Assembly: GCA_963840035.1 (NCBI GenBank)
Contig: CAWIXE010000001.1
Span: 960,001-1,024,000, forward strand
From: a candidate division FCPU426 bacterium
GTDB taxonomy: Bacteria > Oederibacteriota > PGYV01 > Palsa-1178
Direction of reading: 5' to 3'
DNA length: 64,000 nucleotides
The position numbers and the translations under genes are program-made. Under the pieces are notes generated by a model. It saw only the letters and a list, made by a program, of their open reading frames with translations, was not told the DNA's origin and ran no database searches. Of the stretch, positions 18,229-28,205 are shown in pieces (the stretch's first letter is position 1; each line of letters opens with the position of its first letter).

Positions 18229-20434
18229 GGCAAAAGCCATAATTCCCGCGCTTCTTTTCCTGGCGGTATTTTTTGTGTATACGCGTACTTTAAACCCGGC
18301 TTTTCACGCTGACGATTCCCCGGAGACTATCGCGTGCTCTTATACGCTGGGCATTCAGCATCCGCCCGGATACCCGCTTCCAACGATAATCGGAAAAATA
18401 TTTTCCATGATTCCCGCCGGAGGCGCCGCGTTCAGGGCAAACCTTCAGGCCGCGGTTTTCGGGGCGCTGTTTATAGTTCTGTTTTACCTGATAATGGCCG
18501 ACACGCTTAAGTCAAAGGATGGCGATGAGAAAAAGTCCATATCCGCCGCGCTTATTGCCGCTTTAATGCTGGCCTTTTCATTTACCGTGTGGAACCAGTC
18601 CATGTCCGCCAAAGGCGGCATATACACCTTAAACGCCTGCATGCTCGCGGCTGTATACTATTCGCTTTTCCTCTGGGAGAGGACAAAACAGTATAAATAT
18701 TTTTATCTCGGGACATTTATATACGGGTTGTCGCTGGGCAACCACTGGGAATCCATGGGCGTGGCTTTTCCGGCGCTGCTGACGTTCATCATACTTGTAT
18801 TCATGAAGGACGGGTATTATAAGACCATCACGCCGCGCAGGTTCTTAACGGCGCTGGGGCTGGGATTCACGGCCGTCTTTATTTACGCGTACCTGGTGAT
18901 AAGGGCGCAGGCAGGCACATTTTTAAACTGGGGCGACCCGGTGGACTTAAAGCAGCTCCTGTGGGTGGTGACCAGGGCTGAGTATACCGCTTTAGAGCAG
19001 GCAAAGGACTTTACAATTGTTTTCAAGCAGGTATCCAGGATTGCGGGGCTTGTCTTAAGCGAGATAACGCTTCCGGGATTCCTGCTTTTCATAGCGGGCA
19101 TTTACGGCATGATAACCACAGGAAGGAAACAGCGCGTAATATCACTGGGCGTGCTTTTTATTACCGTCATTATAAGCCTCGCGTTTTATTTGAACCTTAA
19201 GGACGAAATGATGTGGATTATGGACGTATTCCTGATACCCGCGTATTTTGTTATGGCGGTTTTCGCGGGGGCCGGGGTATATGCCCTATTGCGGATTGCG
19301 GATCGCGGATTGCGGATTGAAAAAGAGACGTCTGACAGCCGTAGCGCTGATTCCACAATCCGAATTCCGCAATCTGCAATCCTAAAGGTTCTTCCACTGG
19401 CTGTGTGTGTCCTTGCCACGACCATCCCTGTTTTTCTTTTTGTCGCGAACTTTAAAAAGGCTGACCAGTCGCATTATTATTATTCTTACGACTTCGGGAT
19501 GAATATCATAAAATCCGTGGACGAGCCGGGCGCCATGGCCATGCTTGAAGGGGATTTTGCCGTGCTGCCTATGATGTATTTTAAGTATGTGGAGAAAAAA
19601 CTCCATTTCTGCCCTGTCACAACCATATTTCTATATGTGCCGTGGAGCGTTAAGAACCTTAACAATGAGTGCCCTGACGTAAAGATGACAGTGCCTGTGA
19701 CGGCATCCTTAACAGACAAGATACATGATATTATAAATTCAAATTACAAACAGAAGCCCATTTACACCTCGGTTTTCAGAAAAACCATGGAGGAATACTA
19801 CCCGCAGGCAGGGGCAGTGCTTTCGCCGTACGGGCTGCTGATGAAATTTTCATCAGATAAGGCAGGGGACTTAAAGCAGGCAATGCGGAAATTAAAGATC
19901 CTTTCCTACAGGAACCTTCTTGTTGACAGGCTATTTATGGACACTACTACAAGGCTGGGAATGTCTAATTATGCCAGCGTATACATGGAAACAGGCAATG
20001 CCTTATCCGCGGCAGGAAATTATTCGCTGGCGCTTAAGTATCTGCAGGCTGCCACGGCAATAGCCACACAGCAGACGCTTGGCTTAAGTTATGTGCACCT
20101 GGGTGTCTTAAAAACAAAAATGAAGGATTACACGGGCGCGGTAGAGCTTTACCTTAAGGCCATTAAGTCAAACCCGGAACTCATTGAGGCTTACACTAAC
20201 CTGGCAGGGCTTTATAACAACGAAAAAAAATACGACGAGGCACTCGCCCTTTGCGAGAGGGCAGTGAAGGTAAACCCCTCAAATTCCGAGGTTTATAACA
20301 ATATGGCCCTTGCATGGTATTATAAAGGGTCGCTTTCAAAAGCCGTGGAACTGCTGGAAAAAGCTGTGTCGTTAAACCCGAATAATGCCATTGCGGTCCA
20401 GAACCTGCAGATTTTAAAGGGGATGAAAAAATGA
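18218..20434 (+). CDS. DUF2723/TMEM260-like GT-C glycosyltransferase with TPR
   Basis: DDSPE...LGIQHPPGYP, GLSLGNH, LNWGDP; C-terminal TPRs. Confidence 0.85.
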   Translation: MQNKAKAIIPALLFLAVFFVYTRTLNPAFHADDSPETIACSYTLGIQHPPGYPLPTIIGKIFSMIPAGGAAFRANLQAAVFGALFIVLFYLIMADTLKSKDGDEKKSISAALIAALMLAFSFTVWNQSMSAKGGIYTLNACMLAAVYYSLFLWERTKQYKYFYLGTFIYGLSLGNHWESMGVAFPALLTFIILVFMKDGYYKTITPRRFLTALGLGFTAVFIYAYLVIRAQAGTFLNWGDPVDLKQLLWVVTRAEYTALEQAKDFTIVFKQVSRIAGLVLSEITLPGFLLFIAGIYGMITTGRKQRVISLGVLFITVIISLAFYLNLKDEMMWIMDVFLIPAYFVMAVFAGAGVYALLRIADRGLRIEKETSDSRSADSTIRIPQSAILKVLPLAVCVLATTIPVFLFVANFKKADQSHYYYSYDFGMNIIKSVDEPGAMAMLEGDFAVLPMMYFKYVEKKLHFCPVTTIFLYVPWSVKNLNNECPDVKMTVPVTASLTDKIHDIINSNYKQKPIYTSVFRKTMEEYYPQAGAVLSPYGLLMKFSSDKAGDLKQAMRKLKILSYRNLLVDRLFMDTTTRLGMSNYASVYMETGNALSAAGNYSLALKYLQAATAIATQQTLGLSYVHLGVLKTKMKDYTGAVELYLKAIKSNPELIEAYTNLAGLYNNEKKYDEALALCERAVKVNPSNSEVYNNMALAWYYKGSLSKAVELLEKAVSLNPNNAIAVQNLQILKGMKK

Positions 20435-21582
20435 ACATACTCATAATATCTCCGGTACTGCCATACGGGCCCTCTGACGGGGACAGAATCAGGATATATA
20501 ACATCGCGAAGGAACTTAAAAAGAACGGACACAGGCTCTTTCTGGTATCGTTTATCAGAAAAGGCGAGGAATCATACCTGCCGCGGCTTAAACCGTTTTA
20601 TGATGCGGTTGAAACTGTAAAAATATCAAAATTAAAAATTTATTACAACGCCATGCTGTCGTTTTTCAGGATGATTCCTTTTAATACGGGTTCCTATGAG
20701 AGCAAGGCAATGGATAAGAAGGTAAGGGAAGCTGTAAAAAAATACGGCATAGAACATGTGTTTGCCTACAGGCTCAGGTCGGCGCAGTTCGCGGAAAACA
20801 TCGAACTGCCAAAGTCCATTGATTACGTGGATTCCCTAGCGCTTTACATGGAACGATCGCTTAAATATGAAAAAAACCCGGCATACCTGCTTTACTATAT
20901 CATGGACCGTAAAAAGGTGCTTTCCTGCGAAAGGAAAACAGCGGCCAAATTTGACAGCGTCTTTATAAACTCCGGAGAGGACAGGGACTACTTGAATTGC
21001 GCAAACATAATTGCGGCGCCGAACGGCGCGGATATAAAAAAAGTAAAGGCGCGTAAAAACAGCGTTTTCACCATCGGATTCTTCGGGAATATTAACTACA
21101 GGCCCAACATAGACGGCCTTACATGGTTTTTAAAAAACATATGGAAAAAACTTGTTGATTCTGATAAAAATATAAGGCTGGTTATAGCGGGCAGCGGCGG
21201 CGAAAAGGCGGCTCCGCTTATTGCCGGCACGCCGGCGGAAATAAAGGGTTTTATGGAGAACATAGACGCGGAGGCTGCTTCGTGGGATGTCAGCGTTGTT
21301 CCGGTCAGGTTCGGGGCGGGCAGGCAGAACAAGATACTGCAGTCCTGGGCAAACGGGGTGCCTGTGGTGGCCACGGCTTTCACCGCCAAAGGGGTGGAAG
21401 GGAAAGACGGATATAACCTGCTCGTGGCGGACACACAAGAGCAGTTCATAAGGCAGATACAAAGGATAAAAAAAGACAAGGCTCTGCGCGGCAGGCTGAT
21501 TAAAGGCGGGCTTGCAACGCTTAAAAAATATTTCAGCTGGGAAGAGACGGGGAAGATAATAGACAAGGCAATAAAAAAGTAG
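20431..21582 (+). CDS. GT4 glycosyltransferase
   Basis: PYGPSDGDRIR, FFGNINYRPNIDG, PVRFGAGRQNKILQSWANGVPVV. Confidence 0.85.
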   Translation: MNILIISPVLPYGPSDGDRIRIYNIAKELKKNGHRLFLVSFIRKGEESYLPRLKPFYDAVETVKISKLKIYYNAMLSFFRMIPFNTGSYESKAMDKKVREAVKKYGIEHVFAYRLRSAQFAENIELPKSIDYVDSLALYMERSLKYEKNPAYLLYYIMDRKKVLSCERKTAAKFDSVFINSGEDRDYLNCANIIAAPNGADIKKVKARKNSVFTIGFFGNINYRPNIDGLTWFLKNIWKKLVDSDKNIRLVIAGSGGEKAAPLIAGTPAEIKGFMENIDAEAASWDVSVVPVRFGAGRQNKILQSWANGVPVVATAFTAKGVEGKDGYNLLVADTQEQFIRQIQRIKKDKALRGRLIKGGLATLKKYFSWEETGKIIDKAIKK

Positions 21583-21586
21583 GGCT

Positions 21587-21664
21587 GTGCGCGCCGCGGG
21601 ACTGATTTTTTTATGGATTGCGCAGTAGCGCAGGCCATAAAAAAATCAGTCCCGCAGCACGCAC
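21587..21664. repeat. Hairpin element, copy 2
   Basis: Core at 21613-21638, arms GCGGGACTGATTTTTTT / AAAAAAATCAGTCCCGC. Confidence 0.85.
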
Positions 21665-21670
21665 TTTTGG

Positions 21671-21750
21671 AAGGACAGGGAAGGACAGGGAAGGACAGGG
21701 AAGGACAGGGAAGGACAGGGAAGGACAGGGAAGGACAGGGAAGGACAGGG
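21671..21750. repeat. Perfect 10-bp tandem repeat (AAGGACAGGG)x8
   Basis: Directly visible. Confidence 0.97.
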
Positions 21751-21839
21751 TAGGACGAGGATGATAAGGACAGAACAGGAACGGGATGTTGTTATATCCG
21801 TGTTTTAGAAAATAAAAAAGACGAGGAAGAGGATAAAAA

Positions 21840-22877
21840 ATGAAAAAAGCAATTATCATAGCGGCAATATCGGCGGTTTTATTTGCGTCTTGCTCGACGC
21901 TGAAAAAAGAAAAGATAGTCGAGGTTCCGAAAACTGTCAATGAGCAGACGCGGGTGGAAAAAGTGGCTAAGGAATCATATGACAACGGCGACTATTTGGA
22001 CGCCATAGGCAACTTAAAGGCGCTTTTAAAAAAGCACCCGAAAAATCCTGTTTACTGGGGGCAGCTCGGCAGCGCTTACGCGCAGTTAAACGAGTATAAT
22101 TACTCCATATTCGCATATCAGAATTCCATAAAATACGACCCGAAAAACGTCAAGGCCATGTATAACCTTTCCATTGTTTACGGGGAAAAGGGGAGTACGG
22201 CCGACGCCAAGCAGGTGCTGAAAAAAGCGCTCAAGATAGACCCGAAAAACCCGCTGCTGCAGGCGAGCCTTGGCAACATCATGATTGACGAGGAAAAATA
22301 TGACAAAGCCAAGGTGTTATACGAGAGGATCGTGGACGTGAAACCTGATTTTGACATCGGCCATTTTAACCTGGGGGTCATCAATTACCAGGAACGAAAC
22401 CTTGATGAAGCCAAGAAAAATTACGGCGACGTGCTTAAGATAAATCCGGACGACTACGAGGCCAAGGAAAACATAGCGGCCATTAACATACTGGATAATA
22501 ATTACGAAGAAGCCATAAAATATTTAAAGGAAGTAATAGACGCCAACCCGTCGGATGACATAACCCTCGAAAATGCTTATTACAACCTCGGGGTCGCCTA
22601 CCTGCGTATCAAGGAGTATAAAAAGTCCCTTGACGCCTTTGAGATGGCCATTTCCATAGAACCGTGGGACATGGCGGCTTATGTAAACGCGGCAATCCTC
22701 GCGGAGCAGCTGGGCGAAAAGGAAAAGGCAATCAAGTACTGGCAGAAATATAACAGGCTGCTCCCGGTCAATACCAGAAAGAAGGAAATGGCCAGGAGGC
22801 TTAAAAGCATGGGCGCCGGCACGGAAAAAGACAACCCGGCTGACACTACAAAAACAGCGGAACCGGCCGGCAAGTAG
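21840..22877 (+). CDS. TPR lipoprotein
   Basis: Lipobox LFASC; multiple TPR units. Confidence 0.85.
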   Translation: MKKAIIIAAISAVLFASCSTLKKEKIVEVPKTVNEQTRVEKVAKESYDNGDYLDAIGNLKALLKKHPKNPVYWGQLGSAYAQLNEYNYSIFAYQNSIKYDPKNVKAMYNLSIVYGEKGSTADAKQVLKKALKIDPKNPLLQASLGNIMIDEEKYDKAKVLYERIVDVKPDFDIGHFNLGVINYQERNLDEAKKNYGDVLKINPDDYEAKENIAAINILDNNYEEAIKYLKEVIDANPSDDITLENAYYNLGVAYLRIKEYKKSLDAFEMAISIEPWDMAAYVNAAILAEQLGEKEKAIKYWQKYNRLLPVNTRKKEMARRLKSMGAGTEKDNPADTTKTAEPAGK

Positions 22878-22879
22878 CA

Positions 22880-23767
22880 TTGAAAAAAATTGCGCCCTGC
22901 ATTCTTTTTATGTTTCTTTCGGCAGTGTGTTTTGCCGCGACAGCCGATGAGCTGCTTCTCTCGGCGGAGAAAGCCATGTCCGCGGATAAACACGGGGAAG
23001 CCATTGAATATTTAAAGCAGGCTGAAAAAGCATCAAAGCCGGCCATGCTCATGACCATATATCTTGACCTCGGGGTATGTTACAGGAAGGCCGGGAATTA
23101 TGACATGGCAATTGCATATTATCAGAAAGCGGCTGTGCTCTCGCCAAAGATGGCGGATATTTATTATAACATCGGGCTTGCCCATTATTATAAAGGGGAT
23201 TACAGCAGGGCTGTTGTGGAATATCAAAAAGCTCTGGCGTTATCCCCGAAATATACAGAGGCTTTTGGCGCGGCTGCCATGGCTTACAGAGATATGGGCG
23301 ATACTGACAGGGCAATCAAGGTTATAAAGGAAGCGCTCAAGATTAATCCGTCGTATCCGGGCGGTTATAACATACTGGGCAACTGCTGCATGGATAAAGG
23401 CTGGAAACAGAAGGCCATATCCATGTACAAACGCGCCATAATTTTAAGGCCTGATTACACGTCGGCATTTTATAACCTGGGCGTGGCGTATGACGATGTG
23501 GAAGAATACACCAGCGCGATAGACGCGTATAAACAGGCGCTGAAACTCAACGCCAAAGACCCTGAGATTCATTACAACCTCGGGGTGTCCCTTATGCACC
23601 AGGGCGATTATGAAGCGGCGCAGGACTATTTCAAGCAGACTATAAAATTAGACAGCAATAACAGGAACGCGTATGAAAATCTCGTGATATGCTTAAAGAA
23701 CAGCGGCATGCCGAGGGAAGCCAGCCAGTGGGAGGAGATTAAAACCTCCAGATTCGGGGAGCAGTGA
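22880..23767 (+). CDS. Secreted TPR protein
   Basis: Signal peptide; YYNIGL, YNLGV repeats. Confidence 0.85.
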   Translation: MKKIAPCILFMFLSAVCFAATADELLLSAEKAMSADKHGEAIEYLKQAEKASKPAMLMTIYLDLGVCYRKAGNYDMAIAYYQKAAVLSPKMADIYYNIGLAHYYKGDYSRAVVEYQKALALSPKYTEAFGAAAMAYRDMGDTDRAIKVIKEALKINPSYPGGYNILGNCCMDKGWKQKAISMYKRAIILRPDYTSAFYNLGVAYDDVEEYTSAIDAYKQALKLNAKDPEIHYNLGVSLMHQGDYEAAQDYFKQTIKLDSNNRNAYENLVICLKNSGMPREASQWEEIKTSRFGEQ

Positions 23768-25677
23768 TGGACAGGGTGAAAAAGTATCTGATACTCGCGG
23801 TTTCTTTCGCGGCAATGGCAGTCCTGGAAGTTTACTATCCGTCGCCAAAATCAGGGCTGTATTACCTTCTAAATTCCGTTTTTTTTATTGTTGTGCTGGC
23901 CATTTACCTGGCATTCGGGGAAAGGGTGCTGCGCCTGATGAAATCGGGATTTACCGGGGCGTTAAGGTTTGGCGCGGGGCTTGCCATATCGCTCGGGTTT
24001 ACCGGCACAATTGTATTCTTAGCCGGTCTGGCGGGATTTTTTAATCCGCTGGTCATATTCGGGATACTCGTACTTATGATAATTTTCTCCTTTAAGGAAT
24101 TCAAAGCGCTGTATCTGGAGGCTGTGGATGCCATAAAGAAGCTGCAGACTGTTTCCGTGGATATTAAAAGCGCGGTATTTTATTTCCTGTCTGCGGCAGT
24201 GTTTTTATACCTCCTGCTGCTCTCCATGCTCCCGCCTGTTTATTACGACACCCTGGTATACCACCTCGCTGTCCCCGCGCAGTATTACGCGGCGGGAAGC
24301 GTCATAAACATGCCGGAAAATATTTATTCGTATTTTCCGTGCCTGATGGGGATGAATTACGCCGTATTCATGTGTTTTGCCGGGAATCTGGGGCCGGGGC
24401 TTCTCCAGTTTGTCCTGGCACTGCTCACGGCTTTAATAATAAAGGAACTTGCCGGGCCGTTGAACGCTTCCGGCAGGTGGGCGCTGCTGCTCATTATTAC
24501 TTTCCCTCTTTTTGTGCTTAACGCCGCGAGGGTGACGGCTGAAATGCCGCTGATGTTCTTTACCTCGCTTATGTTCCTGCTTTTCGAAAAGAAAAAAGAT
24601 GAATTTACGATACCGGACGCGGCAATAGCCGGCCTGGCAATGGGGGCGATGCTGGCGTCAAAATACACCGCGGTTATTATGTATGTGTTTGGCGTTTTAT
24701 ATGTCATGCGCCTGTTTATAATCAAAAAAACAGGGCTGCCGCAGGCTTTCATTGTCATGTTATTCCCGCTGCTGCTTCTGCTGCCTTATTCCATAAGGAA
24801 TTTAATGTTTACGGGAAACCCCCTCTACCCGTTCTTAACCGGGTTTTTCAATACGCCCGAAGTTTTAAAACAGGCGGCGCAGGCGTATGTGGGCCATGTG
24901 TCGGGTTTCGCCTTAAGCCATAATATCCTGAACCTTTTCGCGGCGCCGGTTTACCTTGTCTTTAAGCCATCGCTTTTTGGCGGGGATGTAGTATCGCCAT
25001 TATTCATCATAGGCATATTTGCCATGTTCCTTGCTGACTTTAAGCGCAGCCTTACGCTTATCCTCTTTTTTATTTTCTATTTTGTTGTGTGGTTCTTTAC
25101 AGGCGAGGTCCTGCGTTTCCTGCTTCCTGCCGCCATCGCCCTTGTGATAATCACAACCGCGGCAGCCGGGAGTTTCGGGAAAAAGACAAAAGCAGCCCTT
25201 TTAGGGTCGCTTGTTATAGTGCAGCTTTTTATGTCCATACAGATGGCGGAAAAACACCTGACGCCTTTCAAACTTTTTGACTCCACCAGGGAGGAGTATA
25301 TGGCAGGGACTCTCACATATTACGGAGGCACCCAAGCCATTAACAAGTTCCCCTCCGACGATAACAGGGCAGTGCTTTTCCTGGGCGAGGCAAGGACTTT
25401 TTTCACTGACAGGCGAGTCATAGCGTATACCGTATTTAACGATGATTTTCTCCTGAAAGATTTTACGCCGGCGTCAGCCGACGGGATCATAGCCAGGCTT
25501 AAAAGCCTGAATATCGGATATGTGATGATAAACTTTGACGAACTTGACAGGCTTAAAGACGGCGGTTTTGAGGAACAGTACAGGATAATCAAGGCAAAGG
25601 ATTTTGAAAATTTTATGGACAAATATTTTACGCGGATATATAGTGTAGACAAGCTTTTGCTTTTTAAGATGAACTAA
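23767..25677 (+). CDS. GT-C (ArnT/PMT-like) membrane glycosyltransferase
   Basis: PPVYYDTLVYHL, SKYT, RNLMFTGNPLYPF, RFLLP; many TMs. Confidence 0.75.
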   Translation: MDRVKKYLILAVSFAAMAVLEVYYPSPKSGLYYLLNSVFFIVVLAIYLAFGERVLRLMKSGFTGALRFGAGLAISLGFTGTIVFLAGLAGFFNPLVIFGILVLMIIFSFKEFKALYLEAVDAIKKLQTVSVDIKSAVFYFLSAAVFLYLLLLSMLPPVYYDTLVYHLAVPAQYYAAGSVINMPENIYSYFPCLMGMNYAVFMCFAGNLGPGLLQFVLALLTALIIKELAGPLNASGRWALLLIITFPLFVLNAARVTAEMPLMFFTSLMFLLFEKKKDEFTIPDAAIAGLAMGAMLASKYTAVIMYVFGVLYVMRLFIIKKTGLPQAFIVMLFPLLLLLPYSIRNLMFTGNPLYPFLTGFFNTPEVLKQAAQAYVGHVSGFALSHNILNLFAAPVYLVFKPSLFGGDVVSPLFIIGIFAMFLADFKRSLTLILFFIFYFVVWFFTGEVLRFLLPAAIALVIITTAAAGSFGKKTKAALLGSLVIVQLFMSIQMAEKHLTPFKLFDSTREEYMAGTLTYYGGTQAINKFPSDDNRAVLFLGEARTFFTDRRVIAYTVFNDDFLLKDFTPASADGIIARLKSLNIGYVMINFDELDRLKDGGFEEQYRIIKAKDFENFMDKYFTRIYSVDKLLLFKMN

Positions 25678-25686
25678 ACGGAGGGC

Positions 25687-26709
25687 GTGATGGCATATGC
25701 GGTAATTGGTATATCAGCTTTCATACTGGGGCTTGTTTTTACGCCGCTGGCCATGAAAGCGGCTTTTAAGCTCGGGGTACTTGACCACCCGGTGACGCAT
25801 TTAAAAGGGCATAAAAAGCCCATGCCTTACCTGGGCGGGGCGGCCATGTTCCTGGCGTTTATCATACCGGTGGTTGCCGCGAAGTTTGTTATGCACCAGC
25901 AGATATTTGGAGTTGTAGGTATTATTTCCGGCGCTTTCATAATGGTTGTATTGGGGCTAATTGACGACATAAAACCGCTCGGCCCCGTTGTAAAGCTTAT
26001 ATTCCAGCTCATCGTGGCGGCTATCATGATAAAGGTTAACGTTCATATAAAGTTCATGGATAATACCATTATCAACGCCGTGCTTACAGTTATCTGGATA
26101 GTCGGCATCACAAACGCCATGAATCTGCTGGATATCATGGACGGGCTGGCCGGGGGCGTGGCCGCTGTAGCCTCGCTTGCTTTTTTTATAGTGGCTGTAC
26201 TGGCAGGCAGGATAAATGACATGATACCGGCAATCGCGCTCTTCGGCGCTGTCACCGCCTTCCTTATATATAACAAGCCGCCCGCGAAGATATACATGGG
26301 GGATTCAGGCTCCCTTTTTCTGGGTTTCATGATGGCGTCGCTGGCCTTAAATGAAAGCTATTCCAGGGTAAATATTATAGCCGTGCTCAGCCCGATTCTC
26401 ATACTTTCCGCGCCTATTTTTGACACGCTTTTAGTCTCGGTTATCAGGATACAAAAAGGCATGCTCCCCATATACGGCTCCAACGACCACACCGCGCAGA
26501 GGCTGGTCATGATGGGGCTTACAAAACCCCAGGCCGTGCTTGTGATAGTTTCGGTTACCGCGCTTTTTTCCGCGATAGCGGTATGGTCCACTTTCCTGAA
26601 TTTTACAACCGCCCTGCTTTTATACCTCATCGTGGCCTTCGCGGCGGTAGTCGCGGCCATGTTCATAGGGAACGTGGATATGAAGGATTACCATAAGAGA
26701 AAACATTGA
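25687..26709 (+). CDS. WecA/TagO/MraY-like polyprenyl-phosphate GlcNAc-1-P transferase
   Basis: PYLGG, GLIDD, NAMNLLDIMDGL, PPAKIYMGDSGS. Confidence 0.9.
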   Translation: MMAYAVIGISAFILGLVFTPLAMKAAFKLGVLDHPVTHLKGHKKPMPYLGGAAMFLAFIIPVVAAKFVMHQQIFGVVGIISGAFIMVVLGLIDDIKPLGPVVKLIFQLIVAAIMIKVNVHIKFMDNTIINAVLTVIWIVGITNAMNLLDIMDGLAGGVAAVASLAFFIVAVLAGRINDMIPAIALFGAVTAFLIYNKPPAKIYMGDSGSLFLGFMMASLALNESYSRVNIIAVLSPILILSAPIFDTLLVSVIRIQKGMLPIYGSNDHTAQRLVMMGLTKPQAVLVIVSVTALFSAIAVWSTFLNFTTALLLYLIVAFAAVVAAMFIGNVDMKDYHKRKH

Positions 26710-26813
26710 TTTTCTATTTTAAATTTTCAATTTTAAATTGTGGGACAAAAGATGCCGCCGTATGTTTTAGGTACAATTGAAAATTTAGAATTGAAAATTA
26801 TTTCGGAGGCTTC

Positions 26814-28076
26814 ATGAAAGTAGTGATTATCGGCGCCGGCTTAGCGGGTATTTCCGCCGGGCACAGGCTTAATAAAGATTACTTCATCATAGAGAAAAAC
26901 CTAAAACCCGGCGGATTGTGCCGTACTGATATGGTTGACGGGTTTACCTTTGATTACACCGGTCATTTCCTCCACATAAGGTCCAAAGAAACCGAAAAAC
27001 TTATATTTTCAAACGTGAAGGTCCCCCTTAAGAAAATCGCCAGAAAATCATTCATTTTTAGCAAGGGCGTTTACACGGGATATCCCTACCAGGTCAACAA
27101 CTACGGCCTGCCTTATGATACAGTGGCTGAGAACATAACAGGTTTCATCCGCGCGAAAATGGCCGGGCCGGCGTCGCAGAAGAACTTTAAGGAGTGGGTA
27201 TCAACCGCGTTAGGCGAAGGCATCGCTAAAAACTTTATGTTCCCTTATAATCTAAAACTTTTCAAATATCCCCTGGATAAGCTTACGGTAAAATGGCTCG
27301 GCAGGTTCGTGCCAAACCCCGGCATATCCGAAATAATGCACGGCATCATGCCCAAAGGCAGGGAAGATGTGGGCTATAACGCCCACTTTTATTACCCGTC
27401 AAAGGGCGGCATCGAGACTGTCGTGCGCGGGCTTTTTGAAAAGGTAAAAAAGAACACACTGCTAGGCTCCACGGTCAATAAAATTGACATAAAGAGAAAG
27501 ATCGTATATTACGATTCCGGACACGAGGCGCCGTACTCATCCCTTATCTCAACCATGCCGCTTAAGGAACTTTTAAGGGTTGTAAACGACAGGGAGCTGA
27601 ACGGCTACGCGAAAAAACTCGAGGCGACATCTGTATATTCGCTGAACATTGGCTTTAAGAAAAGCGGGCCCATAGGGAAACACTGGGTGTATGTGCCGGA
27701 AAAAGAGTATCCCTTCTACAGGATAGGTTTCCCCTCTGAAATCACGGAGTCAAACGCGCCAAAAGGACATTCCTCGGTATTTACGGAAGTATCCTACCGC
27801 GGTGCCGCGCCGAAGAATATTGACAACGGTATTATAAAGGGGCTCATAGGCATGGGAATAATAGGTTCAAAGAGGGACATAACCGTAAAACACGCCATGA
27901 TACTTAAGGACGCGTATGTCATATATAATGAAGAGCGCGAGTGGGTGCTTCCGGCGATAAAGAAAATCCTTGAAAAAAACAACATCCACACCGCCGGCAG
28001 ATGGGGCAACTGGGAATACGGGTCCATGGAGGACGCGATTTTGGAAGGGCTGGCTTTAGGGGAGAGACTGAAGTAG
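26814..28076 (+). CDS. FAD-dependent oxidoreductase (HemY/UDP-galactopyranose mutase-like)
   Basis: GAGLAG, GGLCRT, FDYTGHFLH, GRWGNWEY. Confidence 0.8.
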   Translation: MKVVIIGAGLAGISAGHRLNKDYFIIEKNLKPGGLCRTDMVDGFTFDYTGHFLHIRSKETEKLIFSNVKVPLKKIARKSFIFSKGVYTGYPYQVNNYGLPYDTVAENITGFIRAKMAGPASQKNFKEWVSTALGEGIAKNFMFPYNLKLFKYPLDKLTVKWLGRFVPNPGISEIMHGIMPKGREDVGYNAHFYYPSKGGIETVVRGLFEKVKKNTLLGSTVNKIDIKRKIVYYDSGHEAPYSSLISTMPLKELLRVVNDRELNGYAKKLEATSVYSLNIGFKKSGPIGKHWVYVPEKEYPFYRIGFPSEITESNAPKGHSSVFTEVSYRGAAPKNIDNGIIKGLIGMGIIGSKRDITVKHAMILKDAYVIYNEEREWVLPAIKKILEKNNIHTAGRWGNWEYGSMEDAILEGLALGERLK

Positions 28077-28079
28077 GGC

Positions 28080-28188
28080 AGTCTCAACAATCTCAATGAT
28101 CTCAATGATCTCAATAGTCTCAACAGGAAAAACGAACATGTTTGTATTTTCTATTGAGACTTCTGAGATTCTTGAGATTATTGAGACC
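28080..28188. repeat. Inverted 9-mer array (CTCAATGAT)n...(TTGAGA)n
   Basis: Similar array at 44831-44917. Confidence 0.7.
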
Positions 28189-28205
28189 ACATACAGGAGA
28201 ATCAT

